From: an uncultured Bacteroidales bacterium
GTDB lineage: Bacteria; Bacteroidota; Bacteroidia; Bacteroidales; VadinHA17
Reading direction: 5' to 3'
Length of the DNA: 41,810 nucleotides
NCBI GenBank assembly: GCA_937871625.1
Contig: CALMRD010000069.1
Span: 1 to 41,810 of the forward strand
Positions within the stretch are counted from its first letter, which is position 1, and each line of letters starts with the position of its first letter. Under the pieces are notes generated by a model that had not been told where the DNA came from, did no database searches, and saw nothing but the letters and a program-made list of their open reading frames with translations. This document shows, one piece after another, positions 29,584 to 38,157 of this stretch. The position numbers and the translations under genes were made by a program.

Positions 29584-30439
29584 AACCTCCTTTTGAGATC
29601 TTGTCAAGTATGTGATCTATGGCCTTCTGCCTCTCTGCCTTCGCCGCGTTGTACCCGTAGTCTGTCTTCGTCTTCCTGGCATCAAACTGCGTGCCGGTAT
29701 TTTTGTAGGTGACCTTCATGCGCCTCTTGCCCGGTTTGAAGAGGGTAACAAGGAAATCGATGAAACTGTTCAGCCATGCCCCGATATCAGTGCCGTTCTT
29801 CAGACTGTACCCGTAGGCGAACCCCATCATTGCCCCTCCGATGTGCGCTATCTTGCCCCCGGTGTTGACAGAGAAGTCGAACACGGAGGTGATGAGGAAG
29901 GTTATCAGCGCCAGGTATTTCAGTTTCACCCTGCCGAAGAAGAGGAGATGGAGCTCCAGGTCAGGCAGGTAGACAGCGGTGGCAACCACCAGCGCCATCA
30001 CCGAGGCTGAAGCCCCCAGTGCCATGGATACGTGCACCATGCCGGCAAAGGCGGGGAAGATGTTGAATACGGCGATGTACAGCACTGCTCCAGCCAGTCC
30101 GCCCATGATGTATAGCGACACCAGCTTGCGCTGATCGAGGTAGCTCATGAATATCTTCCCGAACCACCATAGCCACAGCATGTTAAAGAGGAGGTGGATG
30201 AAGCCCTGGTGGGTGAACATGTAGGTGAGGGGCGTCCATGGCTTCAGGGCCAGGGCGCCGATGGAGGCCGGGACCGACAGAAAGGAGATCACCGTCGGTG
30301 CCAGTGCCGGACTGGCCGACAGGACACCTATAACCTCTATTATCTTTATCAGGAGGAATATGGCGGCGTTGATGTATATGAGCCTGGTGAGGGCTGAACC
30401 GCGTTTGAATGACCCCTTTATTTCATCCCATATACTCAT
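29522..30439 (-). CDS. Rhomboid-family intramembrane serine protease with cytoplasmic C-terminal extension
   Basis: HLLFNMLWLWWFG, catalytic GASASVMALV (Ser) and AHIGGAMMGF (His). A soluble tail of about 85 aa ends ...IDHILDKISKGGYDSLTREEKEILF. Confidence 0.88.
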   Translation of the reverse strand: MSIWDEIKGSFKRGSALTRLIYINAAIFLLIKIIEVIGVLSASPALAPTVISFLSVPASIGALALKPWTPLTYMFTHQGFIHLLFNMLWLWWFGKIFMSYLDQRKLVSLYIMGGLAGAVLYIAVFNIFPAFAGMVHVSMALGASASVMALVVATAVYLPDLELHLLFFGRVKLKYLALITFLITSVFDFSVNTGGKIAHIGGAMMGFAYGYSLKNGTDIGAWLNSFIDFLVTLFKPGKRRMKVTYKNTGTQFDARKTKTDYGYNAAKAERQKAIDHILDKISKGGYDSLTREEKEILFSESQKKG

Positions 30440-31173
30440 CAGTAGAGTGTTTTTGTTGTCTTGCGCCAGTATCTTATCAGGAGATATCCGAAGATCATGC
30501 CGCCGAGATGGGCTGTGTGGGCTATGCCGCTGCCGGGACTGGTGATGGCAAGATAGAGTTCAATGGCAGCATAACCAATGACCACATACTTGGCCTTGAC
30601 GGGTATGGGCGGGAAGATGAACATCAGCTGAGTGTTGGGGAAGAGCACTCCGAAGGCCAGCAGGACACCGTAGACGGCTCCTGAAGCCCCCACAACGGGA
30701 ACATTCAGTATCGAGTTAAGCCTTCCCATCTGGGCATCGGTGAAGTTCTTGCCCTGGCTGACGGCCTCGCTGCCCGAGTCATATACATACTGCAGCTGTT
30801 CCGGTGTGAGCAGGTCCATCACCTTGTTGTACTGTATCCACTGCACCAGCTCGAAGAAGAAGGCCGCACCCAGCCCGGTGACAAGATAATAGAGCAGGAA
30901 TCGCTTCGGTCCCCACACCTGTTCCAGTATCCTGCCGAACATCCACAGTGCGAACATATTGAACAGCAGGTGCACGAAGCCGCCGTGCATGAACATGTGG
31001 GTAACTATCTGCCATGATCCGAAGAACTCCGATTTGGGGAAGTAGAGTCCCAGGATTCCGTTCAGGTTAAGTCCGGAGGTGAATCTCAGCAGTTCATTAA
31101 GGAGCAGCATGACCACGTTGATGATGATGAGGTTCTTCACCACCGGTGGCGTGCCTGATAATATTCTGTTCAT
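30439..31173 (-). CDS. Rhomboid-family intramembrane serine protease
   Basis: HLLFNMFALWMFG, catalytic GASGAVYGVL and AHLGGMIFGY. Its stop overlaps the next rhomboid start (TGATG). Confidence 0.9.
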   Translation of the reverse strand: MNRILSGTPPVVKNLIIINVVMLLLNELLRFTSGLNLNGILGLYFPKSEFFGSWQIVTHMFMHGGFVHLLFNMFALWMFGRILEQVWGPKRFLLYYLVTGLGAAFFFELVQWIQYNKVMDLLTPEQLQYVYDSGSEAVSQGKNFTDAQMGRLNSILNVPVVGASGAVYGVLLAFGVLFPNTQLMFIFPPIPVKAKYVVIGYAAIELYLAITSPGSGIAHTAHLGGMIFGYLLIRYWRKTTKTLY

Positions 31174-31224
31174 AATTGGTATTCTCTTGTTTCAGACGGC
31201 AAATTTAGCCATTCTGAGGAAAAA

Positions 31225-33027
31225 TCAGATGAATCTTCTGTCGAGCTCTTCCAGGGTGATGATATTCATCACCGTTTTGCCTGTGGGAGAGTAGTTTGGC
31301 ATGGTGCACGCAAAGAGCATGTCAAACAGCTCTTCCATCTCGGTATGTGTCAGCGGCATGCCGTAGGGTATCGCCGCAGCCCTGGCCATTGAGAGTGCCA
31401 CCCTCTCACGGGCGCCGATAGAGGGGTCGGAGAGTGTCTGGCGGTATTCGGCTATCAGAGTCTCGAGCATGGCCAGAGGGTTGGCATTGCGACTGTCGGC
31501 AGGGTGGCTCTTTATGGTGACCATGTTGTCTGGGCCCGGTTCTATCTCGAAGCCTATGGTCCTGAGCTGGTCGTCTATCTCCTGTATTATGACCATATCG
31601 CCGGGGTTCAGCTCGGTGGTGACGGGGAAGAGCGACACCTGTGCCGGGCGCGGTCCGTCGCTGAGGGAGGTGAGGTACTTCTCATACAGCACCCGCTCGT
31701 GTGCCCTTCGCTGGTCAATCATCATGATGCCTGATATCACCGGGCACATTATGTACCTGTTTTTTACCTGGAAGAAGCGGCGCTGGCCTTCTGCAGCCCC
31801 GTTGCCCTCCTGTTGTTCGCTGCGGGCGGTGATGGTGAATAGCGACTCCCATCCGCGGGCGTTGCCGCGGTCACGCTCACCTTCCCACTTCGTCTCCGGC
31901 CGCCGGTATTCCGTCCCGTCGAAGGGGTTGAAGGTATGGTCCACCTCCACCTGCGGCGGGGGCGGCGCCGTCATGCTGCCGGTGATGACGGGTATCTCCA
32001 CGGCGCCCTCCGGCCCGAAGTCGAGCGACGGCACCACATTGAACCGGCCGAGGGCCTCGCGCAGGGAGGCCAGGATTATCTGCCACACCGAGCGCTCATC
32101 CTCGAACTTGACCTCTGTCTTTGTGGGATGTATGTTGACGTCTATGGCCGAGGGATCGGCGGTCATGTAGATGAAATAGGCAGGCACCGTGTCGGGCGGC
32201 AGGATGCCCTGGTATGCCTCCAGCACTGCCCGGTGCAGGTAGGGGTGCCTGATAAAGCGGTTGTTGATGAAGAAGAACTGCTCCCCGGCGGAGCGGCGGG
32301 CGTTCTCAGGCTTGCCGGCAAAGCCGCTGATGGAGATGATGGTGGTGGTTGTCTCCACGGTGACCAGGTTCTGGTTGTAGTGTTTGCCGAAGAGGGAGAT
32401 GATACGCTGGCGTCGACTGCCCTGAGACAGACGGTATATCTCCTGGTCGTTGTGTATCAGGGTGAATTTTATGTCAGGGTGTGCCAGCGCCACACGCTGG
32501 AACTCTGTTATTATGTGTCTGAACTCGGTATTGTCGGTCTTGAGGAACTTGCGGCGTGCAGGGACATTGTAGAAGAGGTTCTTGACGCTGAAGACTGACC
32601 CTGCCGCGCAGGAGCACGGCTCCTGTCTTATCACCCTCGAGTTGTTTATCTCCACCAGCGTGCCTGCCTCGTCCTCCTCACGACGGGTGCGCAGCTCGGT
32701 CATGGAGACGGCGGCGACGGATGCCAGCGCCTCGCCGCGGAACCCCTTGGTGGTGATGGTAAAGAGATCGTCGGCCGATGATATCTTGGAGGTGGCGTGA
32801 CGTTCAAAGGCCAGGCGGGCGTCGGTCTCGCTCATGCCGCAGCCGTTATCTATCACCTGCACCAGGGTGCGGCCGGCATCGCGTATCACGATGCTGATCT
32901 CCGTGGCTCCGGCGTCGACGGCGTTCTCCGTCAGCTCCTTGACCACGGAGGCCGGCCGCTGTATCACCTCGCCGGCAGCTATCTGGTTGGCAACGGAGTC
33001 GGGAAGAAGCCTGATAATATCACTCAT
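31225..33027 (-). CDS. mutL: DNA mismatch repair protein MutL
   Basis: N-terminal GHKL ATPase motifs (IAAGEVIQRPASVVKELTENAVDAGAT, DNGCGM, GFRGEAL) and a C-terminal dimerisation domain with IDQRRAHERVLYE. Confidence 0.93.
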   Translation of the reverse strand: MSDIIRLLPDSVANQIAAGEVIQRPASVVKELTENAVDAGATEISIVIRDAGRTLVQVIDNGCGMSETDARLAFERHATSKISSADDLFTITTKGFRGEALASVAAVSMTELRTRREEDEAGTLVEINNSRVIRQEPCSCAAGSVFSVKNLFYNVPARRKFLKTDNTEFRHIITEFQRVALAHPDIKFTLIHNDQEIYRLSQGSRRQRIISLFGKHYNQNLVTVETTTTIISISGFAGKPENARRSAGEQFFFINNRFIRHPYLHRAVLEAYQGILPPDTVPAYFIYMTADPSAIDVNIHPTKTEVKFEDERSVWQIILASLREALGRFNVVPSLDFGPEGAVEIPVITGSMTAPPPPQVEVDHTFNPFDGTEYRRPETKWEGERDRGNARGWESLFTITARSEQQEGNGAAEGQRRFFQVKNRYIMCPVISGIMMIDQRRAHERVLYEKYLTSLSDGPRPAQVSLFPVTTELNPGDMVIIQEIDDQLRTIGFEIEPGPDNMVTIKSHPADSRNANPLAMLETLIAEYRQTLSDPSIGARERVALSMARAAAIPYGMPLTHTEMEELFDMLFACTMPNYSPTGKTVMNIITLEELDRRFI

Positions 33028-33036
33028 CTGCAGCGA

Positions 33037-33432
33037 TTAAAAACGTAGGTATAAATAGACAACAAGGACAATTATTATTATGATGACCAGGAGCCTTATG
33101 GTGGTATGTCTCTCGACACGTTCCTTTCTTCTCTGAAAGTGGTTGCGCATGTCACCGCGCATGATCCTGGAACGGTAGGGCTGGCGGCTATCGGCACCTG
33201 GCATGGCGGAGACGGGTCCGCCCTCCGGCCCCGTCGCACCCTGTCCGGTTAGTGGGCCGGGGTCCGTAACTTTAGCGGAGGAGGGCCCGTCCCCTGTATC
33301 TTCAGCGGAGGAGGACTCCTTACTCCACGCCTTGCGTCTCTGCTCCAGCTCCTCCCTCGCCGGGTCATAATATCGTGGCATGTAGTTAAAGCCGCGCGGT
33401 TTATTCTGTTTAAAGAAACTGGGGATAGCCAT
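33037..33432 (-). CDS. Small tail-anchored membrane protein of unknown function (first gene of the mutL block)
   Basis: N-terminal FFKQNKPRGFNYMPRYYDPAREELEQRR, a disordered Gly/Pro/Ser middle and a C-terminal TM (LLVIIIIIVLVVYLYL). Lies 9 nt upstream of mutL. Confidence 0.55.
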   Translation of the reverse strand: MAIPSFFKQNKPRGFNYMPRYYDPAREELEQRRKAWSKESSSAEDTGDGPSSAKVTDPGPLTGQGATGPEGGPVSAMPGADSRQPYRSRIMRGDMRNHFQRRKERVERHTTIRLLVIIIIIVLVVYLYLRF

Positions 33433-33445
33433 GACTCACTTTTTG

Positions 33446-33453
33446 CAAAAATA
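33446..33453 (-). promoter_or_regulatory. -7 promoter element (TATTTTTG on minus strand) for the mutL block
   Basis: Plus-strand CAAAAATA, 13 nt upstream of ATG 33432, implying a very short leader. Confidence 0.35.
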
Positions 33454-33520
33454 GTAAGAAAAGCCTGAATTATGAACTCCGGCACTGACGGGCGGAATTT
33501 TAGAATTGTTCACTTTTTGT

Positions 33521-33528
33521 TACATTTG
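33521..33528 (+). promoter_or_regulatory. -7 promoter element TACATTTG
   Basis: Matches TAnnTTTG, 28 nt upstream of ATG 33556. Confidence 0.45.
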
Positions 33529-33555
33529 GGTTGCTAAAAACCTGATACCTGAACG

Positions 33556-34107
33556 ATGAAGATCCTTGTCACTTATGCCGGCAGTGCAGGTGTGACATCA
33601 AGTGTGGCTTACCGCATTGCCAGAGTGATGACCGGTCTGGGGGCGGAGGTGACGCTGCTGCCCATGAGCGGTGCCAGGACAGTCAAGGGTTTTTCTGCGG
33701 TTGTTGCCGGGAGCATGGAGCAGGGCAGGGGATGGCTGCCGGAGGCGATGGAGTTTGTCAGGGTCAACCAGGCACTGCTGAAGAAGAAGCCCCTGGCGCT
33801 TTTTACAGTCATACCGGCACTGGGGTCCGAGAAGGGAGCCGAGTCGCGCATGGTTATAATGCAATACACGGCTCATGTACGTGGCATGGTCCATCCGGTC
33901 AGTGAAGGGTTCTTCAGCGGTGAGGGTGTCAGAGAAAAGAAGGCTGAACCCGGTGAGAGGTCGAGGTTCAAGCTGAGGATATTGCTCGGACTGTTAAAGG
34001 AGAGCGAGTCGCGCAGTCACGAGGTGGAGACCTGGGCAGCAAGGTTGCATGAGAAGCTGCTGCAGGTCACTGGCAAAGGCGCCAGCGGCCCTCTGCACGG
34101 AGCCTGA
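33556..34107 (+). CDS. Flavodoxin-like fold protein (HemG/flavodoxin-domain family)
   Basis: N-terminus MKILVTYAGSAGVTSSVAYRIARVM resembles the flavodoxin-like phosphate-binding loop. 183 aa. Assignment by eye only. Confidence 0.5.
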   Translation: MKILVTYAGSAGVTSSVAYRIARVMTGLGAEVTLLPMSGARTVKGFSAVVAGSMEQGRGWLPEAMEFVRVNQALLKKKPLALFTVIPALGSEKGAESRMVIMQYTAHVRGMVHPVSEGFFSGEGVREKKAEPGERSRFKLRILLGLLKESESRSHEVETWAARLHEKLLQVTGKGASGPLHGA

Positions 34108-34371
34108 TCAGCCGGGAGAGGACATGCAACTGGTGCGCGTTGCCTGAATTACGACAGATCTCTTGCCACCGGTGCACGTAACCTGATCAACCGTGTGAGG
34201 ACCTGCCACCAAAGCACAGTACATGCATTACCACATAAGTCTGGTCCCGGTCCCCGGGATCTAAATGATCAAGGATATCTCAGATGCAGCTTCACTAGTA
34301 TCGATGAAGATGGTTGCCCTCCTCCCAATGTAGAGTTGCATAAGATTCAGAAGAGGTGAGGCTCTATCCTC

Positions 34372-34812
34372 TCACTTCACCTTAACGTACTTCTCGCTGG
34401 TATAGTTGCTCTTGTCAACCACTCCCAGCTCATCGGCAGGCCATACCTGGATAAGGGTGTCATTCTGAACCACAATCCTCATCCGGAGGGTTTTCCCTTC
34501 ATAGTCTTTGCTGACGTGGTATTTGATCGACTCCTTATACACAATACCTTCCAGCGTATAGGATCCGCCTCCGTAGCTTACAAATTCGGTGGTATCCATG
34601 ATGTAATTACCCATGACCATCCAGTAGTTATTACACCACATTTTAACCCCGCTTCCCTGGTAGTCTCCGGGGAAGGTAGATATGATCGAGTCGTTTTCCA
34701 CCTGTCTGGCATAGATCAGATCCCATGCGCCAACGACAGGATTAACCGGTTCCTGGTTGCATCCGGCAAGGATGAGCAGGAGCAGAGTACCGAAAAATAA
34801 TGTCTTCTTCAT
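34372..34812 (-). CDS. Lipoprotein, lipocalin-like/beta-barrel type
   Basis: Lipobox MKKTLFFGTLLLLILAGC, followed by a GAWDLIY motif typical of lipocalin-like domain lipoproteins. 146 aa. Confidence 0.6.
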   Translation of the reverse strand: MKKTLFFGTLLLLILAGCNQEPVNPVVGAWDLIYARQVENDSIISTFPGDYQGSGVKMWCNNYWMVMGNYIMDTTEFVSYGGGSYTLEGIVYKESIKYHVSKDYEGKTLRMRIVVQNDTLIQVWPADELGVVDKSNYTSEKYVKVK

Positions 34813-35105
34813 AATTTACCTGTTCTTTTGTTATTTTTCATGTTCAAACACTGCTTTCATAGCTTCGTTTTCCTTTTCAACATCGATTTTCTTCTCACAG
34901 GAAGTAAATGCGATGAAGATCATTGCGGAGAATGGCAGCATCCAGTTCTCTATAGTGCTGATTTATTATGTTTGTGCAATACAGTTGAATATGAGTAAAT
35001 TTACGCAAGCAATCAATGCAAGTCAAATTTATTTAACCATGCCATGTCTTTTGTTTAAATTTGAATAGTAATAGCCATTTAGCAAAAACTTAATAGAGAG
35101 GTAAA

Positions 35106-36971
35106 ATGAAAAAGAGTGACACAGCAGTTCTCATGAGCTGCCCGGAAAACAGGCCTGGCAAAAGAAGGTTCTGCCTTAAGGTTTCATTGATTGGTTTTAT
35201 GCTGATAATTCTGTCAGGATTCTTCATGACAGCTCTGTCGCAACCGACCGACATCAGCAAGAAGCTCAAAGGATTTGACCAGTATATGGAAAAGACCCTT
35301 AAGGACTGGAATACACCCGGTGCGTGCGTCGGTATTGTTGTAAAAGACAAGCTTGTCTTTGCAAAGGGATATGGTTACCGGGATTATGGAAAAAAACTGC
35401 CGGTGACTCCCAGTACCCTGTACCAGATTGCTTCAAACACAAAACTATTCACAACCGTAGCATCGGGATTGCTTGTTGAGGAAGCCAAACTGGATTGGGA
35501 TACTCCGGTGAAGAACCTTGTGCCTTCAATAAAATTCTATAATAATGAGCTTGACAACACGGTGACGCTGCGTGACATGCTTGCTCACCGTACGGGTATA
35601 TCAAGGCATGACCTTATCTGGTACAAATCAGATTTCTCGAGAAAAGATCTCTTTGACCGTCTTAAATATCTTGAACCCAGCCAGCCTTTACGGACAGGGT
35701 TTCTATACAACAACCTGATGTACGTCGCCGCAGGATACATTATTGAACTGCAAAGCGGAAAAACATGGGAGCAGTTTGTCCAGGAAAAGATCTTTGATCC
35801 GCTGAAAATGGAGAGGACCTATTTTAAAGTCAGCGATATGGTTGCCGATCCTGATCATGGAGTGCCGTACAATGAAAAACGTGACACAACCATTCTTTAT
35901 GAGATCCCGATTTATGAGGATCAGGCGGCTGTCGGACCTGCCGGATCAATCATCTCAAATATAAATGATATGTCGAAATGGCTTATCGCGCTGATGAATG
36001 GCGGCAGGTATGAGGGCAAGCAGATCATTCCTGAGGCAGTTTTGAAAGCCACGCTGGCACCTTCGATCGCGTTGCCCAACACAGGGCTCGAGAACAAGGG
36101 GTACAAGGAGATTCTGAACAGTGTATACGGTATGGGCAGGCAGATGGCCTCCTACAGGGGCCACCTGCTTGCATTTCACGGAGGGGATCTTCCCGGCTTT
36201 CACTCTCAGATATCGATGATGCCCACAGACAGTATCGGCGTGATCGTGTTTATCATCGGAGACCAGGGCCAGCCTTTATATAACACAATAACCTATAATG
36301 TCTATGAACGCCTTTTAGGTATGGATCTGACGCCCTGGAGCGAGAGGAACCTTGCTGATCGTGACAAGGGAAAGGCTGTCGGCAGGGAAGGGAGGAGCAA
36401 AGCCGGTGAAGACAGGGTTGCAGGTGCAGGACCTTCTCACAAGCTGGCTGATTATGCGGGCGAGTTCGAGCACCCGGCTTACGGGATAATGAAAATCAGT
36501 CTAAAGGCGCCGGATTCTCTGCAATTTGATTTTCATAATATAGTGCTTCCTCTTTCGCACTATCATTATGACCGTTTTGATACGCCAAATGATGAGGAGT
36601 ACGGATTATGGTCGCTGAACTTCATGACCAACCCGGCTGGTGAAATCAGCGGGTTCGTTGTATCTGTTGATGAGGGGCAGGTGACCTTTACCAGAAGGGC
36701 TGACCCCGGCCTCAGCGACCCTGTTGTCCTGCAGGCTTATGAGGGCAAGTATCTCATGGGAGGGACGACATTCACCATCGAGGTAACAGGTAGTGAGATT
36801 TTTATAATCTTACCCGGCACACCGCGTATCAAGCTCATACCTGTCTCAAGAGACACCTTCCGGATAAAGGAATTTGCTGACGTCAGTATCATCTTTGTCC
36901 GTGAGGATGGCATTGTCACCGGGATGAAGCAGAAGGATCCGTCTGGTGAATATGCGGCAAAGAAGCAATAG
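35106..36971 (+). CDS. Serine hydrolase of the beta-lactamase/PBP (class C-like) family with C-terminal beta-rich domain
   Basis: SxxK motif in YQIASNTKLFT and a YxN-like YNN (FLYNNLMY). Has an N-terminal TM/signal (LIGFMLIILSGFFMTALSQP) and a C-terminal extension of about 150 aa. Confidence 0.8.
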   Translation: MKKSDTAVLMSCPENRPGKRRFCLKVSLIGFMLIILSGFFMTALSQPTDISKKLKGFDQYMEKTLKDWNTPGACVGIVVKDKLVFAKGYGYRDYGKKLPVTPSTLYQIASNTKLFTTVASGLLVEEAKLDWDTPVKNLVPSIKFYNNELDNTVTLRDMLAHRTGISRHDLIWYKSDFSRKDLFDRLKYLEPSQPLRTGFLYNNLMYVAAGYIIELQSGKTWEQFVQEKIFDPLKMERTYFKVSDMVADPDHGVPYNEKRDTTILYEIPIYEDQAAVGPAGSIISNINDMSKWLIALMNGGRYEGKQIIPEAVLKATLAPSIALPNTGLENKGYKEILNSVYGMGRQMASYRGHLLAFHGGDLPGFHSQISMMPTDSIGVIVFIIGDQGQPLYNTITYNVYERLLGMDLTPWSERNLADRDKGKAVGREGRSKAGEDRVAGAGPSHKLADYAGEFEHPAYGIMKISLKAPDSLQFDFHNIVLPLSHYHYDRFDTPNDEEYGLWSLNFMTNPAGEISGFVVSVDEGQVTFTRRADPGLSDPVVLQAYEGKYLMGGTTFTIEVTGSEIFIILPGTPRIKLIPVSRDTFRIKEFADVSIIFVREDGIVTGMKQKDPSGEYAAKKQ

Positions 36972-36988
36972 TTGATTTCACTCTACAG

Positions 36989-37014
36989 GGCCACGCCTCA
37001 GCGTGGCCTTTTTT
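36989..37014 (+). terminator. Rho-independent terminator
   Basis: Stem GGCCACGC / GCGTGGCC, loop CTCA, followed by TTTTTT. Confidence 0.9.
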
Positions 37015-37134
37015 ATATATAGCACTCCTCTGGTAGCAGCTTCCCCCGGTGAAGAATCTTCTTTTTCCTATCGTTGATATTTGATGCGGCAAAAGAATTT
37101 TAGAAAAAAGCTTGACTTTTTAAAAGTACTATCT

Positions 37135-37142
37135 TAAATTTG
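37135..37142 (+). promoter_or_regulatory. -7 promoter element TAAATTTG ahead of the HTH gene / GG-peptide locus
   Basis: Matches TAnnTTTG, 28 nt upstream of ATG 37170. It lies inside the TTG-initiated extension of track ORF 37140-37415. Confidence 0.45.
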
Positions 37143-37169
37143 AGATGCTGCATTTTTAAAACTATTCAC

Positions 37170-37415
37170 ATGTCGTTGTCCAAGTACATTGCACGATTGC
37201 AACGGATGGATCTACTAATTGCCTTGAAGGCAACCGGTTCCCCGGAAGCATTTGCCAATAAGATGAACCTCAGCCGAAGCACTCTTTTTGAGACGCTTCA
37301 GGAGATGAAAGGAATGGGTGTTGATATCAGGTATTCCAACATCAGGGAGACATATTATTATGGCGATGCCAGGCGAATAATAGTCAGGGTTGAGAAAGCC
37401 GGTGAGAAACAATGA
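37170..37415 (+). CDS. Small helix-turn-helix protein (putative locus regulator)
   Basis: 81 aa from the first ATG (MSLSKYIARLQRMDLLIALKATGSPEAFANKMNLSRSTLFETLQEMKGMG). Winged-HTH-like pattern with recognition helix LSRSTLFETL. Confidence 0.6.
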   Translation: MSLSKYIARLQRMDLLIALKATGSPEAFANKMNLSRSTLFETLQEMKGMGVDIRYSNIRETYYYGDARRIIVRVEKAGEKQ

Positions 37416-37500
37416 CAGCCCGGACACAACAGTGTGTACCATCCCTTGATGGTGAAGTCATTTGAGAGGCTTGAATTCTAAACAATCAAATTAGAAGGAT

Positions 37501-38157
37501 ATGGTAGAACGACTCTTGTCACTTAAAGGCTGGAAGCTATTTGGCGGAATAGTATTGGTAAATCTGCTCATTCTGTTTTTATCCCAGACAACTCTGATTA
37601 ACGAGATAGTATTCTTCAATACTTACAGTGAACAGCTTACATACGACAGAGCTATGGAGGTATTCAGCCAGATGCGCTCTTTCTCATGGGTCAGTTACAT
37701 CATTGCTCCTATACTTCTACTGCTCAAATTCTCAGTGATGAGTGTACTTCTCTATATCGGGATATTCTTCAGTGACCTTCATAAAGAGATTACCCTGGGG
37801 AAGATATTTAAAGTGGTGATTGCTAGTGAACTGGTGTTTATTGTTGCCTCAATTGTTAAACTATTGTGGTTCATCTTTTTTGCGGGCAACTACACTCTGG
37901 AAGATATGAGCTTCTTCTATCCGCTCTCGTTGATTAATCTGTTTAGCCGGTCGGAGGTAGCCGCTTATTGGATATATCCTCTGCAAACAGTGAATTTTTT
38001 CCAGTTGATTTATATCGTTATGCTTGCACTGGGGCTGTCTAAAATCAGTACAATTAGAAAGGAGGCTGCTGACAAAATTGTGCTTTCCACTTATGTCCCG
38101 GCCATGGCGGTCTGGATTGCACTGGTAATGTTTCTTTCAATTGATGTACAGGCATGA
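37501..38157 (+). CDS. Polytopic membrane protein, Cys-free, family not recognised (Yip1-like topology)
   Basis: 218 aa with about 5-6 hydrophobic helices and no cysteine. Its stop overlaps the next start (ATGA 38154-38157). Confidence 0.65.
   Translation: MVERLLSLKGWKLFGGIVLVNLLILFLSQTTLINEIVFFNTYSEQLTYDRAMEVFSQMRSFSWVSYIIAPILLLLKFSVMSVLLYIGIFFSDLHKEITLGKIFKVVIASELVFIVASIVKLLWFIFFAGNYTLEDMSFFYPLSLINLFSRSEVAAYWIYPLQTVNFFQLIYIVMLALGLSKISTIRKEAADKIVLSTYVPAMAVWIALVMFLSIDVQA

Noticed and set aside
34126-34244. Apparent three-fold ~40-nt periodic repeat (GCAACTGGTGCGCG.. / GCCACCGGTGCACG.. / GCCACCAAAGCACA..) in the spacer at the compositional boundary, considered as an att-like or regulatory repeat
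   Set aside because: Hand alignment gives only about 50% identity beyond the shared TGCCACC-NNN-GCAC core. That is too weak to distinguish from chance without a statistical test.
34757-35068. 103-aa plus-strand ORF in the lipoprotein/serine-hydrolase spacer
   Set aside because: It overlaps the start of the minus-strand lipoprotein gene and then runs through an AT-rich divergent promoter region. The translation is Phe/Ile/Ser-rich with no motif, so it is probably spurious.
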